Below are positions 29,127 to 38,073 of a stretch of 64,000 nucleotides of DNA, piece by piece (within the stretch, counting starts at the first letter, position 1; every line of letters starts with the position of its first letter). The position numbers and the translations under genes were made by a program. Origin of the DNA: Gammaproteobacteria bacterium (lineage in GTDB: Bacteria; Pseudomonadota; Gammaproteobacteria; GCA-001735895); assembly GCA_050298595.1 (NCBI GenBank), contig JBNKUM010000009.1, forward strand, positions 32,001 through 96,000, written 5' to 3'. The notes under the pieces were generated by a model. The model did not search any database. It saw only the letters and a program-made list of their open reading frames with translations, and was not told the origin of the DNA.

Positions 29127-31259
29127 ATGTCAGAAAAAGATTTTGAATTCTATCGTCAGATCATTTCCAGAAAAATGCAGTGGGATGATGATCTGCAACA
29201 GGCATTAGAACTCGCCTATCATGCCGAATCAGTTGATAAATGCAGGCCTCGCGCACTGAATGCCATAGAGCGTCTGATGGAGTTTGAGGTTGATAAGGAT
29301 ACGGTAGTGGCGACGCTGGTAACGGACAGGGGGTTACACAATAGTATTACTGAGCAGGATATTAAAACTCGCTTTGGTGAAAAGGTTGCTTCGCTGGCAC
29401 ACGGAATTCTGGTCATTAATGATATGAAAGAGTGTAGCGAGCTCAGCTTCAATACCCCGGAACAGGCTGAAAAATTGCGCCGCCTTTTGATGGCAATAGT
29501 CAAAGATGTGCGCGTTATGCTGGTCAAGTTATGCTATCGCGTTAGTCGTATGCATCTGTTGAAGCATTGTAGCTATGAGCAACGTCAGTGTATTGCCCGT
29601 GAAACACTGGATATTTATGCACCGCTGGCCAATCGCCTCGGCATAGGTAAGATAAAATGGGAAATGGAAGACCTTGCTTTCAGGGCTCTGGAGCCTTTAA
29701 CCTTCAAGCGCATAGCTACCTTACTGGAAGAACGTCGCGCTGACCGCGAACAGTTTATCCAGCAATTTACTGCAAATCTAAAACAACAGATTTCTAGTCA
29801 CGGCATAAAGGGTGAAGTCACTGGCCGAGTGAAACATATAGTCAGTATCTGGCGCAAGATGCAACGCAAACAACTGGAGTTTCATCAATTATTTGATGTG
29901 CGTGCTGTTAGAGTATTGGTTGATAGTATTGCTGATTGTTATGCCGTACTCGGTATTGTGCATACAGGCTGGCATACCGTCCCGGATGAATTTGATGACT
30001 ATATCGCAAACCCGAAGGATAATGGTTATCAATCGTTGCATACTGCAGTAATCACCGATGATGGCAAGGTGGTTGAGGTACAGATTCGTACCCATGAAAT
30101 GCATTCCAAATCCGAGTTTGGCGTGGCTGCACACTGGCGATATAAGGAAGGTGTTGGTCTGGATGAACGGATGGAAAAAAGTATCGCGATGATGCGCGAA
30201 CTACTGGAAGGGTCGGATGAAACTGCTACTGATCTGTTGTCAGGGCTGTCTACCGAGTTGTCTACCGACCGTGTGTATGTGTTTACTCCCAAGGGAAATG
30301 TGATCGATCTGCCCTATGGTGCGACACCGCTGGATTTTGCTTATTCGGTACATTCCTCGATTGGGCACAGGTGCCGCGGAGCCAAAGTTAATGGTCGTAT
30401 AGTGAATTTAACCTATACCCTGCAAACCGGAGAGCAGGTTGAAATTCTGACCGCAAAAGAAGGCAGCCCCAGTCGTGACTGGATGAATAAAAACAGTGGT
30501 TTTCTGAAATCATCAGGTAATCGTGCCAAGGTAAGAAACTGGTTTAACCATCTGGATTTTGAACAGAATGTGATGGATGGGCATGCGCTGTATGAACGAG
30601 AGCTGAGCAAGTATAACTTTCAAAATGCAGACCTGAGCGACATCATTGCTCATTTTAAGCGCAAGGAAAAAGAGCAGTTCTTTGCGGATATAGGCCGGGG
30701 GATTATAACGCCGGCGCAGATTATCGGTTATCTGCAGCACATGGAAAGCAGCAAGGATGAAGACCCATTTAAAAATGTTAAGAAAGCAGAAAGCTCTAAA
30801 AAGCATCAGAAGGATGATATTGTCATTCAGGGCGTTGGAAACCTGCTGACACAATTTGCCAAGTGTTGTAAACCGTTGCCGGGTGATGATGTGATCGGAT
30901 TTATTACCATTGGGTCTGGAGTTACTATTCATAAGCGTGAATGCAATAATATGCTTTCACTGCCTGATGATAAAAAGGCACGCTTAATTGAAGTAGAGTG
31001 GGGCGCGGGAAATGGATCTTCTTTTCCTGCTGAAATTTCAGTCATGGCCTATGATCGAACTGGGCTACTACGCGATATCAGTAGTGTGCTTGCCAACGAA
31101 AAAATTAATCTTATTGATATTCGTTCGACTACAGACCGAGCAGAACAGACGGTGCATTCCAAACTAAATATCGAAGTTGCCAGTGTTGACCAGTTGATCC
31201 TGGTGATTGATAAGTTATCTCAGATCCCAAATGTTCATACCGTCAAGCGTATTAGCTAA
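29127..31259 (+). CDS. relA: GTP pyrophosphokinase, (p)ppGpp synthetase RelA
   Basis: YAPLANRLG, EFDDYIANPKDNGYQSLHT (RelA-type EFDD), degenerate HD domain, TGS, CC and ACT domains. Confidence 0.93.
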   Translation: MSEKDFEFYRQIISRKMQWDDDLQQALELAYHAESVDKCRPRALNAIERLMEFEVDKDTVVATLVTDRGLHNSITEQDIKTRFGEKVASLAHGILVINDMKECSELSFNTPEQAEKLRRLLMAIVKDVRVMLVKLCYRVSRMHLLKHCSYEQRQCIARETLDIYAPLANRLGIGKIKWEMEDLAFRALEPLTFKRIATLLEERRADREQFIQQFTANLKQQISSHGIKGEVTGRVKHIVSIWRKMQRKQLEFHQLFDVRAVRVLVDSIADCYAVLGIVHTGWHTVPDEFDDYIANPKDNGYQSLHTAVITDDGKVVEVQIRTHEMHSKSEFGVAAHWRYKEGVGLDERMEKSIAMMRELLEGSDETATDLLSGLSTELSTDRVYVFTPKGNVIDLPYGATPLDFAYSVHSSIGHRCRGAKVNGRIVNLTYTLQTGEQVEILTAKEGSPSRDWMNKNSGFLKSSGNRAKVRNWFNHLDFEQNVMDGHALYERELSKYNFQNADLSDIIAHFKRKEKEQFFADIGRGIITPAQIIGYLQHMESSKDEDPFKNVKKAESSKKHQKDDIVIQGVGNLLTQFAKCCKPLPGDDVIGFITIGSGVTIHKRECNNMLSLPDDKKARLIEVEWGAGNGSSFPAEISVMAYDRTGLLRDISSVLANEKINLIDIRSTTDRAEQTVHSKLNIEVASVDQLILVIDKLSQIPNVHTVKRIS

Positions 31260-31260
31260 T

Positions 31261-32577
31261 TCAGTAATGATCCACATCTGTTAGAGGTAGCTTAACCTTA
31301 ACTTTCAATCCTCCTAATTCTGATTTCGAGAATGAAATATCACCTTTATAACTGTCCAGGATTGCGCTACATATACTCAGCCCAAGGCCGTGACCAGCCT
31401 GAGTTTCATCCAGTCTGACACCACGTTTTTGTATGCTTTCGATTTTCTGAGATTGAATTCCCTGACCATCGTCGTCAAAAATAATAATAAGTTGTTGTTC
31501 CAGCATGGACATAGTCAAACCAACCTGATGATTTGAGAATTTACAGGCATTATCCAGCAGGTTTCCAACCAGTTCTAGCATATCATCACGATCAAAGTCG
31601 ATGTTGCCTATTTCTTCTGGATGCTTGAAATTGATTTTTACATTGGGATAGATTTTATTCATGATTTCAATCATGAAGGGAATCTCTTCAGCAATATTGA
31701 ACACGCCGCTACTGTGTTTTGATCCCGAGATTTTCGCGCGTTTTAATTCGCGCTCAACGATATGTTGTATCTCATCCAGTGGTTCAATCATCTCTGGTAT
31801 TCTTTTCTGCTCCTGCTGTAATGATAATAACTGAATAGGGCGTTTTAATTCATGTGCAAGATTACCTATAGCGTGACGAGTACGCTCGATACGATTACGC
31901 AACTGATCAACTAGCATCTCAATTTCATTCACAAGTGGCATGATTTCCAAAGGTACCTGTAGACCGGTTTTATCCTGCTCGAGATGTCTAATCGATGAAA
32001 TGTTTCTTCTTAATAGTTCAAAAATATGGAAGGCTTTATTTAAGGTCTGTTGCTGTAACAAAACCAGGGTCAGAGAAAGTAATACCACTAGAGCAATGGC
32101 ATACAAACTATAACGGAATAATTGTTCCTGTAGTGGTTGAATATCTTCAGCTATCCAGATCTCCATAGCCTGTTTTTGTTTAACGACTACCTGATACCAT
32201 ATAAGCCAGGTTTCATTACCCGGTCCATCTACTTTTGAATAGCTACCTTTATCTTTCTGCTGTTCAATGAGTGGAAATTTTGTATCAAAAAGAGAACGTG
32301 ACGTTAGTATCTGACGGTTGATTCTGACTTTGTAATAATGCCCTGACCTTACCCGGTTATATACTCGGGACAAATGTGCAGGGTTTATTTCCCATGTATT
32401 ATGGTTGTTTCTCTGGATCACGCTAACCAGGCTCTCAGCGTCATGCTGTAATCGAGTTAACACATAGTCCTGTAATATACGTTCCACAGAAAAGCGCATG
32501 ATCACCAGCAAACCACACATCACTAGCAGCATATTTATGATGAGATTACGAGTTACTTTTTTTTTTAATGAATACAT
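31261..32577 (-). CDS. Sensor histidine kinase (BqsS/CarS/PhoQ-like)
   Basis: Two TMs, periplasmic SGHYY, H-box GNLAHELKRP, NLLDNACKF, DDDGQG, GHGLGL. Confidence 0.9.
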   Translation of the reverse strand: MYSLKKKVTRNLIINMLLVMCGLLVIMRFSVERILQDYVLTRLQHDAESLVSVIQRNNHNTWEINPAHLSRVYNRVRSGHYYKVRINRQILTSRSLFDTKFPLIEQQKDKGSYSKVDGPGNETWLIWYQVVVKQKQAMEIWIAEDIQPLQEQLFRYSLYAIALVVLLSLTLVLLQQQTLNKAFHIFELLRRNISSIRHLEQDKTGLQVPLEIMPLVNEIEMLVDQLRNRIERTRHAIGNLAHELKRPIQLLSLQQEQKRIPEMIEPLDEIQHIVERELKRAKISGSKHSSGVFNIAEEIPFMIEIMNKIYPNVKINFKHPEEIGNIDFDRDDMLELVGNLLDNACKFSNHQVGLTMSMLEQQLIIIFDDDGQGIQSQKIESIQKRGVRLDETQAGHGLGLSICSAILDSYKGDISFSKSELGGLKVKVKLPLTDVDHY

Positions 32578-32588
32578 AGACTGATTAT

Positions 32589-33251
32589 TTATTCATTAAT
32601 TATGCGATAACCTTGACCACGGAAAGTTTTAATCCAGTCTTTTCCTAAAATTGCTCTTAAGCGATTAACGTAGACCTCTATTACATTACTATCTTTGAGT
32701 TGCTCCTCCTGGTAGACGTGTTCACTCAGCTCCGTTTTTGAAATAATTTTATCAGGATGTAACATGAAGTATCGTAACAGGCGGAATTCTATCGCAGTGA
32801 GCTGTACGGTATCTTTGTCAGGAATCGATACCGTTTGCTGGTCAAGATTAAGTACTACGTTTAAGTGTTGTAGAGTATTATCCGACAGGCCAAACTGGCG
32901 ACGTAAAACCGCTTCAAGGCGAGCAGATAACTCTTCAAAATGAAAGGGTTTGCCAACATAATCATCAGCCCCAGCTTTCAATCCATCGACCCGTTCCTGC
33001 CAGGAGTCTCTTGCTGTTAGAATTAAAACTGGCGTAGTTAATTTCTTTGAGCGCCAGGATTTCAATACCTCAAGCCCCGGTTTCTGTGGCAGGCCAAGGT
33101 CGAGAATAATGCCATCAAAATTTTCTTCCAGAGCCAGAAATTCTGCATCGACCCCATTATCAGCCCATTCGACGACATAGCCTGCGCGCTGCAATCTGGG
33201 TCGTAAATTTTGAACCAGAGCTTCATCATCTTCGGCTAGAAGTATTTTCAA
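32589..33251 (-). CDS. OmpR/PhoP-family response regulator
   Basis: LDLGLP, LTARDSWQERVDGLKAGADDY, SNVIEVYVNRLR, TFRGQGY. Confidence 0.93.
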   Translation of the reverse strand: MKILLAEDDEALVQNLRPRLQRAGYVVEWADNGVDAEFLALEENFDGIILDLGLPQKPGLEVLKSWRSKKLTTPVLILTARDSWQERVDGLKAGADDYVGKPFHFEELSARLEAVLRRQFGLSDNTLQHLNVVLNLDQQTVSIPDKDTVQLTAIEFRLLRYFMLHPDKIISKTELSEHVYQEEQLKDSNVIEVYVNRLRAILGKDWIKTFRGQGYRIINE

Positions 33252-33547
33252 TCTTTAAACTCCTGTTTCAGTATCTGGCCATTACTGGCGTCGATTTTCA
33301 GCTCAATAACCCTTCCATCCTTATGTAAAAATTCGAGTTCATATTTAATGAGATGATGTTTTCTTTCTACTTCAAGGTCAAGTAGTTTTCCATATTGATT
33401 TTCCGGGTATTGAGTAAGAATAGTTTGCAACGAGAGTATCTTACCCTGCTCGACGAGATACATGATCTCGTCACGATCAATCTCATCCGCTTTGAGCGGG
33501 GTACTAATCCCAGCGACCAACGCCAGGAATAGATACGTTATCTTCAT
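33248..33547 (-). CDS. Exported PepSY-domain protein
   Basis: Signal peptide; G.ILSL..IL, YELEFL..DGRV.E.KIDASNG; stop overlaps regulator TTG. Confidence 0.82.
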   Translation of the reverse strand: MKITYLFLALVAGISTPLKADEIDRDEIMYLVEQGKILSLQTILTQYPENQYGKLLDLEVERKHHLIKYELEFLHKDGRVIELKIDASNGQILKQEFKD

Positions 33548-34106
33548 CAAAATTACCTCGTTCTGCCCCTCTATGACAGGCATTACATTGACTCAGTGAG
33601 CCTACTTTATCATTTCCCCTGATATATCTTGAGGGGATTTCGTCATGTTTGCGTATGAAAAAAGGCAGTTCAGTGATTCGCGTAGGGATTTTATTACCTG
33701 AATTTCTAAGTAATCTACGATAATTCATCGATGAGCTTACTTCGATTAGATATTGTTGTATGGCCACACGGGTGGTCTCATCCAGTTCAGCATTTTCACC
33801 AAAATGCTCATCTAGTCCTGACATGATGCTGACCCATGAGGGTACTGGCAATAACTGTGGAGGATAAGCCATGTGACAACTCCCGCATTCCTCAATATAT
33901 TGAGGGTAACTATTGCTAGTAATCCGGGTAAAATTCCTGTTTTCACGATAATTTCCCCTTTCCCGGTATTCGTGCTCACGCTCATGTTCATGTTCACCGT
34001 ATTCAAAATCACTATCTGCCATAGCTTTACCTACTCCATAGACACTGCTAAGCAGTACGCCACCTAATAACAGATAAGCAAATATATTAATTTTGCTTTG
34101 TTTCAT
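33504..34106 (-). CDS. Diheme cytochrome c (DHC)
   Basis: Signal peptide, ECGSCHMAYPPQLLP..SW...M..L..HFG, PTRITE, CNACH. Confidence 0.9.
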   Translation of the reverse strand: MKQSKINIFAYLLLGGVLLSSVYGVGKAMADSDFEYGEHEHEREHEYRERGNYRENRNFTRITSNSYPQYIEECGSCHMAYPPQLLPVPSWVSIMSGLDEHFGENAELDETTRVAIQQYLIEVSSSMNYRRLLRNSGNKIPTRITELPFFIRKHDEIPSRYIRGNDKVGSLSQCNACHRGAERGNFDEDNVSIPGVGRWD

Positions 34107-34124
34107 AATCTCTCCTCAGGTTGA

Positions 34125-34517
34125 CTATTGAGTGGCTAACCAGGATAAAATATCTGCTTTTTCCTGAACTGTGCAGGTGCGATTGAATGTCCACTTACAG
34201 TTACGTAAAAACCATTTCTCGATTTTTTTACTCTTCTGAAATCGAGCTGGATTTACGCTCATTGCCATAGGTTTAATCACCTTGCCAGTTTTTTGATGTT
34301 TACCGTTCATCGTCAGGTCTGTTCCATGGCAACTTGTACAGCTCCTGTCGCCTACTTTGGAATTAAATAACTGTCGACCCTTTTCGATATCGATCTGAGT
34401 TACACCTTGCTGCTTATATCCATCGATATGTGCCTGAGGATTTGCTCCAGCCTGAACATTGCTCGTTAGAATCACAAGGCTGCCTAATACAATAAGTTTA
34501 CGTAGTTGATGTTTCAT
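34125..34517 (-). CDS. SHP-like (sphaeroides heme protein/DUF1924) monoheme cytochrome c
   Basis: Signal peptide, SCTSCH, G.H.KTGK.I.PMA..VNP.RF, KIEKWF.RNC......C. Confidence 0.85.
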   Translation of the reverse strand: MKHQLRKLIVLGSLVILTSNVQAGANPQAHIDGYKQQGVTQIDIEKGRQLFNSKVGDRSCTSCHGTDLTMNGKHQKTGKVIKPMAMSVNPARFQKSKKIEKWFLRNCKWTFNRTCTVQEKADILSWLATQ

Positions 34518-34522
34518 ATGAT

Positions 34523-35134
34523 TTATTCTCCAGATTGTTGATCGTTTACATCCTGCCATTGGGCACGATATTTTTTTCTGCCGGTTACCATCGCCCTGGC
34601 CAGGTTTTCTCCTTCCATGAAGCTACTGAATACAACACCAGCCAGGTGGGTAATCACCAGAAGTAAAGTGAAATTAGCAAAAAACTCATGAACTTCACCC
34701 ATCCACTCGCCATTCCAGCCAGCTAAAAATGTATTAGCCAGAGGTCCGCTGCCTTCGCTAGCAATAGTGACCATTCCGGTGAAGGCGGTCATGCTAATGC
34801 TGAGTAATAATGCAATAATCATCACTGCTGCGACAGGGTTGTGTCCCAGATAATGGGGTGCATTAAAGCTCAGCATGCTCTTTAAATGAGAGATTACGGT
34901 GCTGGGTGATTTTACAAAGGTGAGAAACCTGGCGTAGCGTGTCCCCACCAGACCCCAGAACAGACGAAAGCCTACAAGCATCGAGACTGCATAGCCTGCC
35001 TGGACATGTACGCTTAACCAGTCATCTTCGGTTATAAATGCGAGTAAAAAGAAAAAAACAAGGCTCCAGTGGAACACTCGAACCAGTGGATCCCAGACCT
35101 TTACGCCGTGGGAAGTTTCGTTTTGAGCGGTCAT
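34523..35134 (-). CDS. Membrane cytochrome b (Ni-hydrogenase b-type family)
   Basis: VWDPLVRVFHWSL, H..AGY, GHNP, EVHE, HLAGV, MVTG.K. Confidence 0.9.
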   Translation of the reverse strand: MTAQNETSHGVKVWDPLVRVFHWSLVFFFLLAFITEDDWLSVHVQAGYAVSMLVGFRLFWGLVGTRYARFLTFVKSPSTVISHLKSMLSFNAPHYLGHNPVAAVMIIALLLSISMTAFTGMVTIASEGSGPLANTFLAGWNGEWMGEVHEFFANFTLLLVITHLAGVVFSSFMEGENLARAMVTGRKKYRAQWQDVNDQQSGE

Positions 35135-35162
35135 TAAATGGTACCTGATAAAAATTTTGGGT

Positions 35163-35194
35163 AGTTTAGGGCCATAGTATTAATTGAAACTTAA
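35163..35194 (-). promoter_or_regulatory. Response-regulator direct-repeat box plus -10 for the cytb-SHP-DHC operon
   Basis: Minus strand TTAAG-tttcaa-TTAAT (35194-35179), 10 nt, TAAACT (35168-35163). Confidence 0.6.
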
Positions 35195-35400
35195 AAAAAT
35201 TAAAGGGTGCAAAATCTGCGCATTATCTTTTGTTTTAATCATGATGCTACTCCTCATGGATTTGAGGAAGTCTACTTTAGGATTCGTTAAGTTATTGTTA
35301 GAAAAAAATATTATTTGTTGTTGACTGCTTTAAGTAATAAATTCACGAGTTTCTCACTATCAGATAGTTAAAGAGGGATTTAAGTTAATTCAGTTTAAAT

Positions 35401-35432
35401 TTAAGTTTGTATTAAGGTGAGCAGGATATATT
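35401..35432 (+). promoter_or_regulatory. TTAAG-N6-TTAAG box plus -10
   Basis: TTAAG-tttgta-TTAAG (35401-35416), 10 nt, TATATT (35427-35432). Confidence 0.65.
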
Positions 35433-35438
35433 GTGATG

Positions 35439-35530
35439 CCTCACTAATTGATTGATTTCTCGGGCATTGAAGTTATTCGCCCTAACTTCTCTCGATAAAT
35501 GGCAGATAAATCTGTTTAGCTTCCATTTTT
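35439..35530 (+). ncRNA. Candidate sRNA (or structured leader of the downstream gene)
   Basis: Follows box promoter; hairpin GAAGTTA/TAACTTC; imperfect ATGG...CCAT stem with T tract; shares its 3' motif with 46598-46702. Confidence 0.4.
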
Positions 35531-35645
35531 ATTATCAAAGATCATGTTACAATACGACGACCCCCTGATGGTTTTCCCTGGATAGTTATGATATGTATTC
35601 AGGGGATAAGGAATGTTTTTAGACTTAGATTATTAAGGTTAAAAT

Positions 35646-36089
35646 ATGGATCATCATATAGTTTCATTTCTTCAGGAGTGTGTCGTCGGTGTGCTTTCTA
35701 CCTATAACCATGGAGAAATCCATTCAGTGCCCGTCTATTATTATCATGATGAAACTGAAAATGCGTTTTATTTCATTACCAAGTCTAAATCAAGCAAAGT
35801 AACCAATATCCAAAAGAGTAAAAAGGCATCATTTTCGATCTATTCTGAAGCCTTACCCAGAGTTTTCAATGCAAAATGTTCTGCAGAAATCTTCGATGTT
35901 AATAATAATTCACAGAGCATAGAAATTATCAGGAAACTGGCTGAGGTTCATTCGACGCGTGAATATTACCCATCACCAATCTCAACAATTAAGGATGGTG
36001 ATTTAAAGCTGGTGAAACTTACTGTTCTTGATTATCAGTATAAGTCTTATACCGCTGCTATTGATGAGAAGATGCAAAAAAGGGCTTAA
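35646..36089 (+). CDS. Pyridoxamine 5'-phosphate oxidase-like FMN-binding split-barrel protein
   Basis: VGVLSTY...HSVPVYY, FYFITK..S.KV.NI. Confidence 0.7.
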   Translation: MDHHIVSFLQECVVGVLSTYNHGEIHSVPVYYYHDETENAFYFITKSKSSKVTNIQKSKKASFSIYSEALPRVFNAKCSAEIFDVNNNSQSIEIIRKLAEVHSTREYYPSPISTIKDGDLKLVKLTVLDYQYKSYTAAIDEKMQKRA

Positions 36090-36148
36090 ATCTCATGATC
36101 ACCTTATACCTTAATTAATGTTTTAATTTTGTCTTCTTTAGAAGAACT

Positions 36149-36643
36149 CTAAAGATATTCGATTTTACAAATTAGATAGAGGGCGCTGCCTCCCGGCACT
36201 TCAATACGTACTTCTTCTCCTAATTCACGTTTTAACAACCCTCGAGCCAGTGGTGAATCAACGCTAATATAGTAATCCTTATGATCAAATTCGTCTGGGC
36301 CAACTATTCGGTAGCGTTTAACCTCACCCTGTTCATCCTCAAGGTGTACTGTTGCTCCGAAGTAAATCTGATCTGGATTACTGGGTGTAGTATTGACGAC
36401 TTTCAGCGCAGGTAATCGTTTTTGTAAGTATCGTATTCGACGGTCAATTTCTCGTAATTCTTTTTTGCGGTAAATATATTCAGCATTTTCTGAACGGTCT
36501 CCTTCTGCGGCGGCAGCTGATAAGGCGCTAACCACCTCTCGCCTGTGTGGCCATATCGCCTTTTCTTCCTGCTGTAGAGAGCGCATACCCTCGGCCGTGA
36601 TATAGGGTGATTTGGGTGCTGCGGGGGGGCGATATCTGCTCAT
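36149..36643 (-). CDS. greB: Transcription elongation factor GreB
   Basis: YITAEG, AAAEGDRSENAEYIYRKKELREIDRRIRYL, ISVDSPLARGLL. Confidence 0.93.
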   Translation of the reverse strand: MSRYRPPAAPKSPYITAEGMRSLQQEEKAIWPHRREVVSALSAAAAEGDRSENAEYIYRKKELREIDRRIRYLQKRLPALKVVNTTPSNPDQIYFGATVHLEDEQGEVKRYRIVGPDEFDHKDYYISVDSPLARGLLKRELGEEVRIEVPGGSALYLICKIEYL

Positions 36644-36743
36644 ATAAAAATGGCTATAAAATACCCATTCTATCAGACAGACGGGCTGTCTGAATGTAGG
36701 AAAATTTTGAATAAGGTTGATATTTAAAACGATATATTCAAAA

Positions 36744-36791
36744 AACTGTGCTGTATTCAATAATTATTAACTGTAACTGTTATTAATACAG
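36744..36791. promoter_or_regulatory. Probable operator upstream of DUF1127 gene
   Basis: AACTGT three times (36744, 36769, 36775) and inverted repeat CTGTATT (36751)...AATACAG (36785). Confidence 0.45.
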
Positions 36792-36851
36792 ATGTGCGTT
36801 TATTCTAGCTATTATCCTATGAAGCGTAAATCGTTATAACTGGAGGAAGCT

Positions 36852-37055
36852 ATGTCGATGTCAACAATTACTTTTCAGATCAAGCAGAAGTCCGTTCTCG
36901 CCAGGCTGAACTCTTTTTCTCTGCAATTACAGTTAATGATGAGGAAACACGAACAGCGTAAGCAACTGGCTCAACTTAGTATTGATCAATTGATCGACAT
37001 GGGCATAGATCCTGCCGATGCTCAGACAGAAATAAGTAAACCTTTCTGGAAATAA
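36852..37055 (+). CDS. DUF1127 (YjiS-like) small protein
   Basis: RKQLAQLSIDQLIDMGI...E.SKPFWK signature; GGAGG RBS. Confidence 0.85.
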   Translation: MSMSTITFQIKQKSVLARLNSFSLQLQLMMRKHEQRKQLAQLSIDQLIDMGIDPADAQTEISKPFWK

Positions 37056-37092
37056 CGCCAGAACCTCAGTACATTAGCGCTTTTTTGCGCTA

Positions 37093-38070
37093 ATGAATGC
37101 TATGCCTGAAGTAAATCGACGATTCTGTATTGCTCCGATGATGGATTGTACCGATCGTCATGACCGGTATTTTCTACGACTATTTTCACCGCATATGCTT
37201 TTGTATAGCGAAATGGTAACAGCTCAAGCCATTATTCATGGTGATCGCGATTATCTATTAGGCTTTGATCAGGCTGAGCATCCACTAGCGATACAGTTGG
37301 GGGGATCTAACCCAACGCAATTAGCAGAGGCTGCCAGGATATGTGAAGGCTATGGCTACGACGAAATTAACCTGAATGTCGGTTGCCCCAGTGATCGTGT
37401 GAAATCCGGATTTTTCGGAGCCTGTCTGATGGCGGAACCGGAGCTTGTAGCAGACTGTGTTTCTGCAATGAAAGCTGTAGTCAAAGTACCGGTTACGGTT
37501 AAACATCGAACAGGTATAGATGACCAGGATTCCTGGCAAGAGTTGATTCGTTTCATGCGCTGCCAGATCGATGCAGGTAGTGATGCGATGATTGTTCATG
37601 CGCGTAAAGCCTGGCTGCAAGGTTTAAGTCCGAAGCAGAATCGGGATATTCCTCCTTTGCAATACGAATGGGTCTACCGATTAAAACAGGAATTTCCTGA
37701 TATGCAGATTATCCTCAATGGCGGCATCAGCACGCTGGAAGCATGCGAACAACATTTGCAAAAAGTTGATGGCGTGATGCTGGGTCGTGAACCCTATGCT
37801 AATCCTTATATGCTGGCTGAACTGGACGCTAGATTGTTTAATGATGATCATCCAGTGCCTGACCGATTTGAGATATTACAGCGATTCTATCCCTATCTTG
37901 AACAGAACATGTCACAGGGAATGCCTATCTCCAAAGTGGTTCGGCATATTATCGGGCTGTTCCATGCTCAGCCCAATGGTAAACAGTGGAGACGCTATCT
38001 CAGCAATCATGCATTTAAAAGAGATGCTGGTATTGAGGTGATCCGTCAGGCTGAGAATTTGTTGAGATAA
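37093..38070 (+). CDS. dusA: tRNA-dihydrouridine(20/20a) synthase
   Basis: APMMDCTDRHDRYF, QLGGS, NLNVGCPSDRV, HARKAWLQGLSPKQNR. Confidence 0.95.
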   Translation: MNAMPEVNRRFCIAPMMDCTDRHDRYFLRLFSPHMLLYSEMVTAQAIIHGDRDYLLGFDQAEHPLAIQLGGSNPTQLAEAARICEGYGYDEINLNVGCPSDRVKSGFFGACLMAEPELVADCVSAMKAVVKVPVTVKHRTGIDDQDSWQELIRFMRCQIDAGSDAMIVHARKAWLQGLSPKQNRDIPPLQYEWVYRLKQEFPDMQIILNGGISTLEACEQHLQKVDGVMLGREPYANPYMLAELDARLFNDDHPVPDRFEILQRFYPYLEQNMSQGMPISKVVRHIIGLFHAQPNGKQWRRYLSNHAFKRDAGIEVIRQAENLLR

Positions 38071-38073
38071 ATA

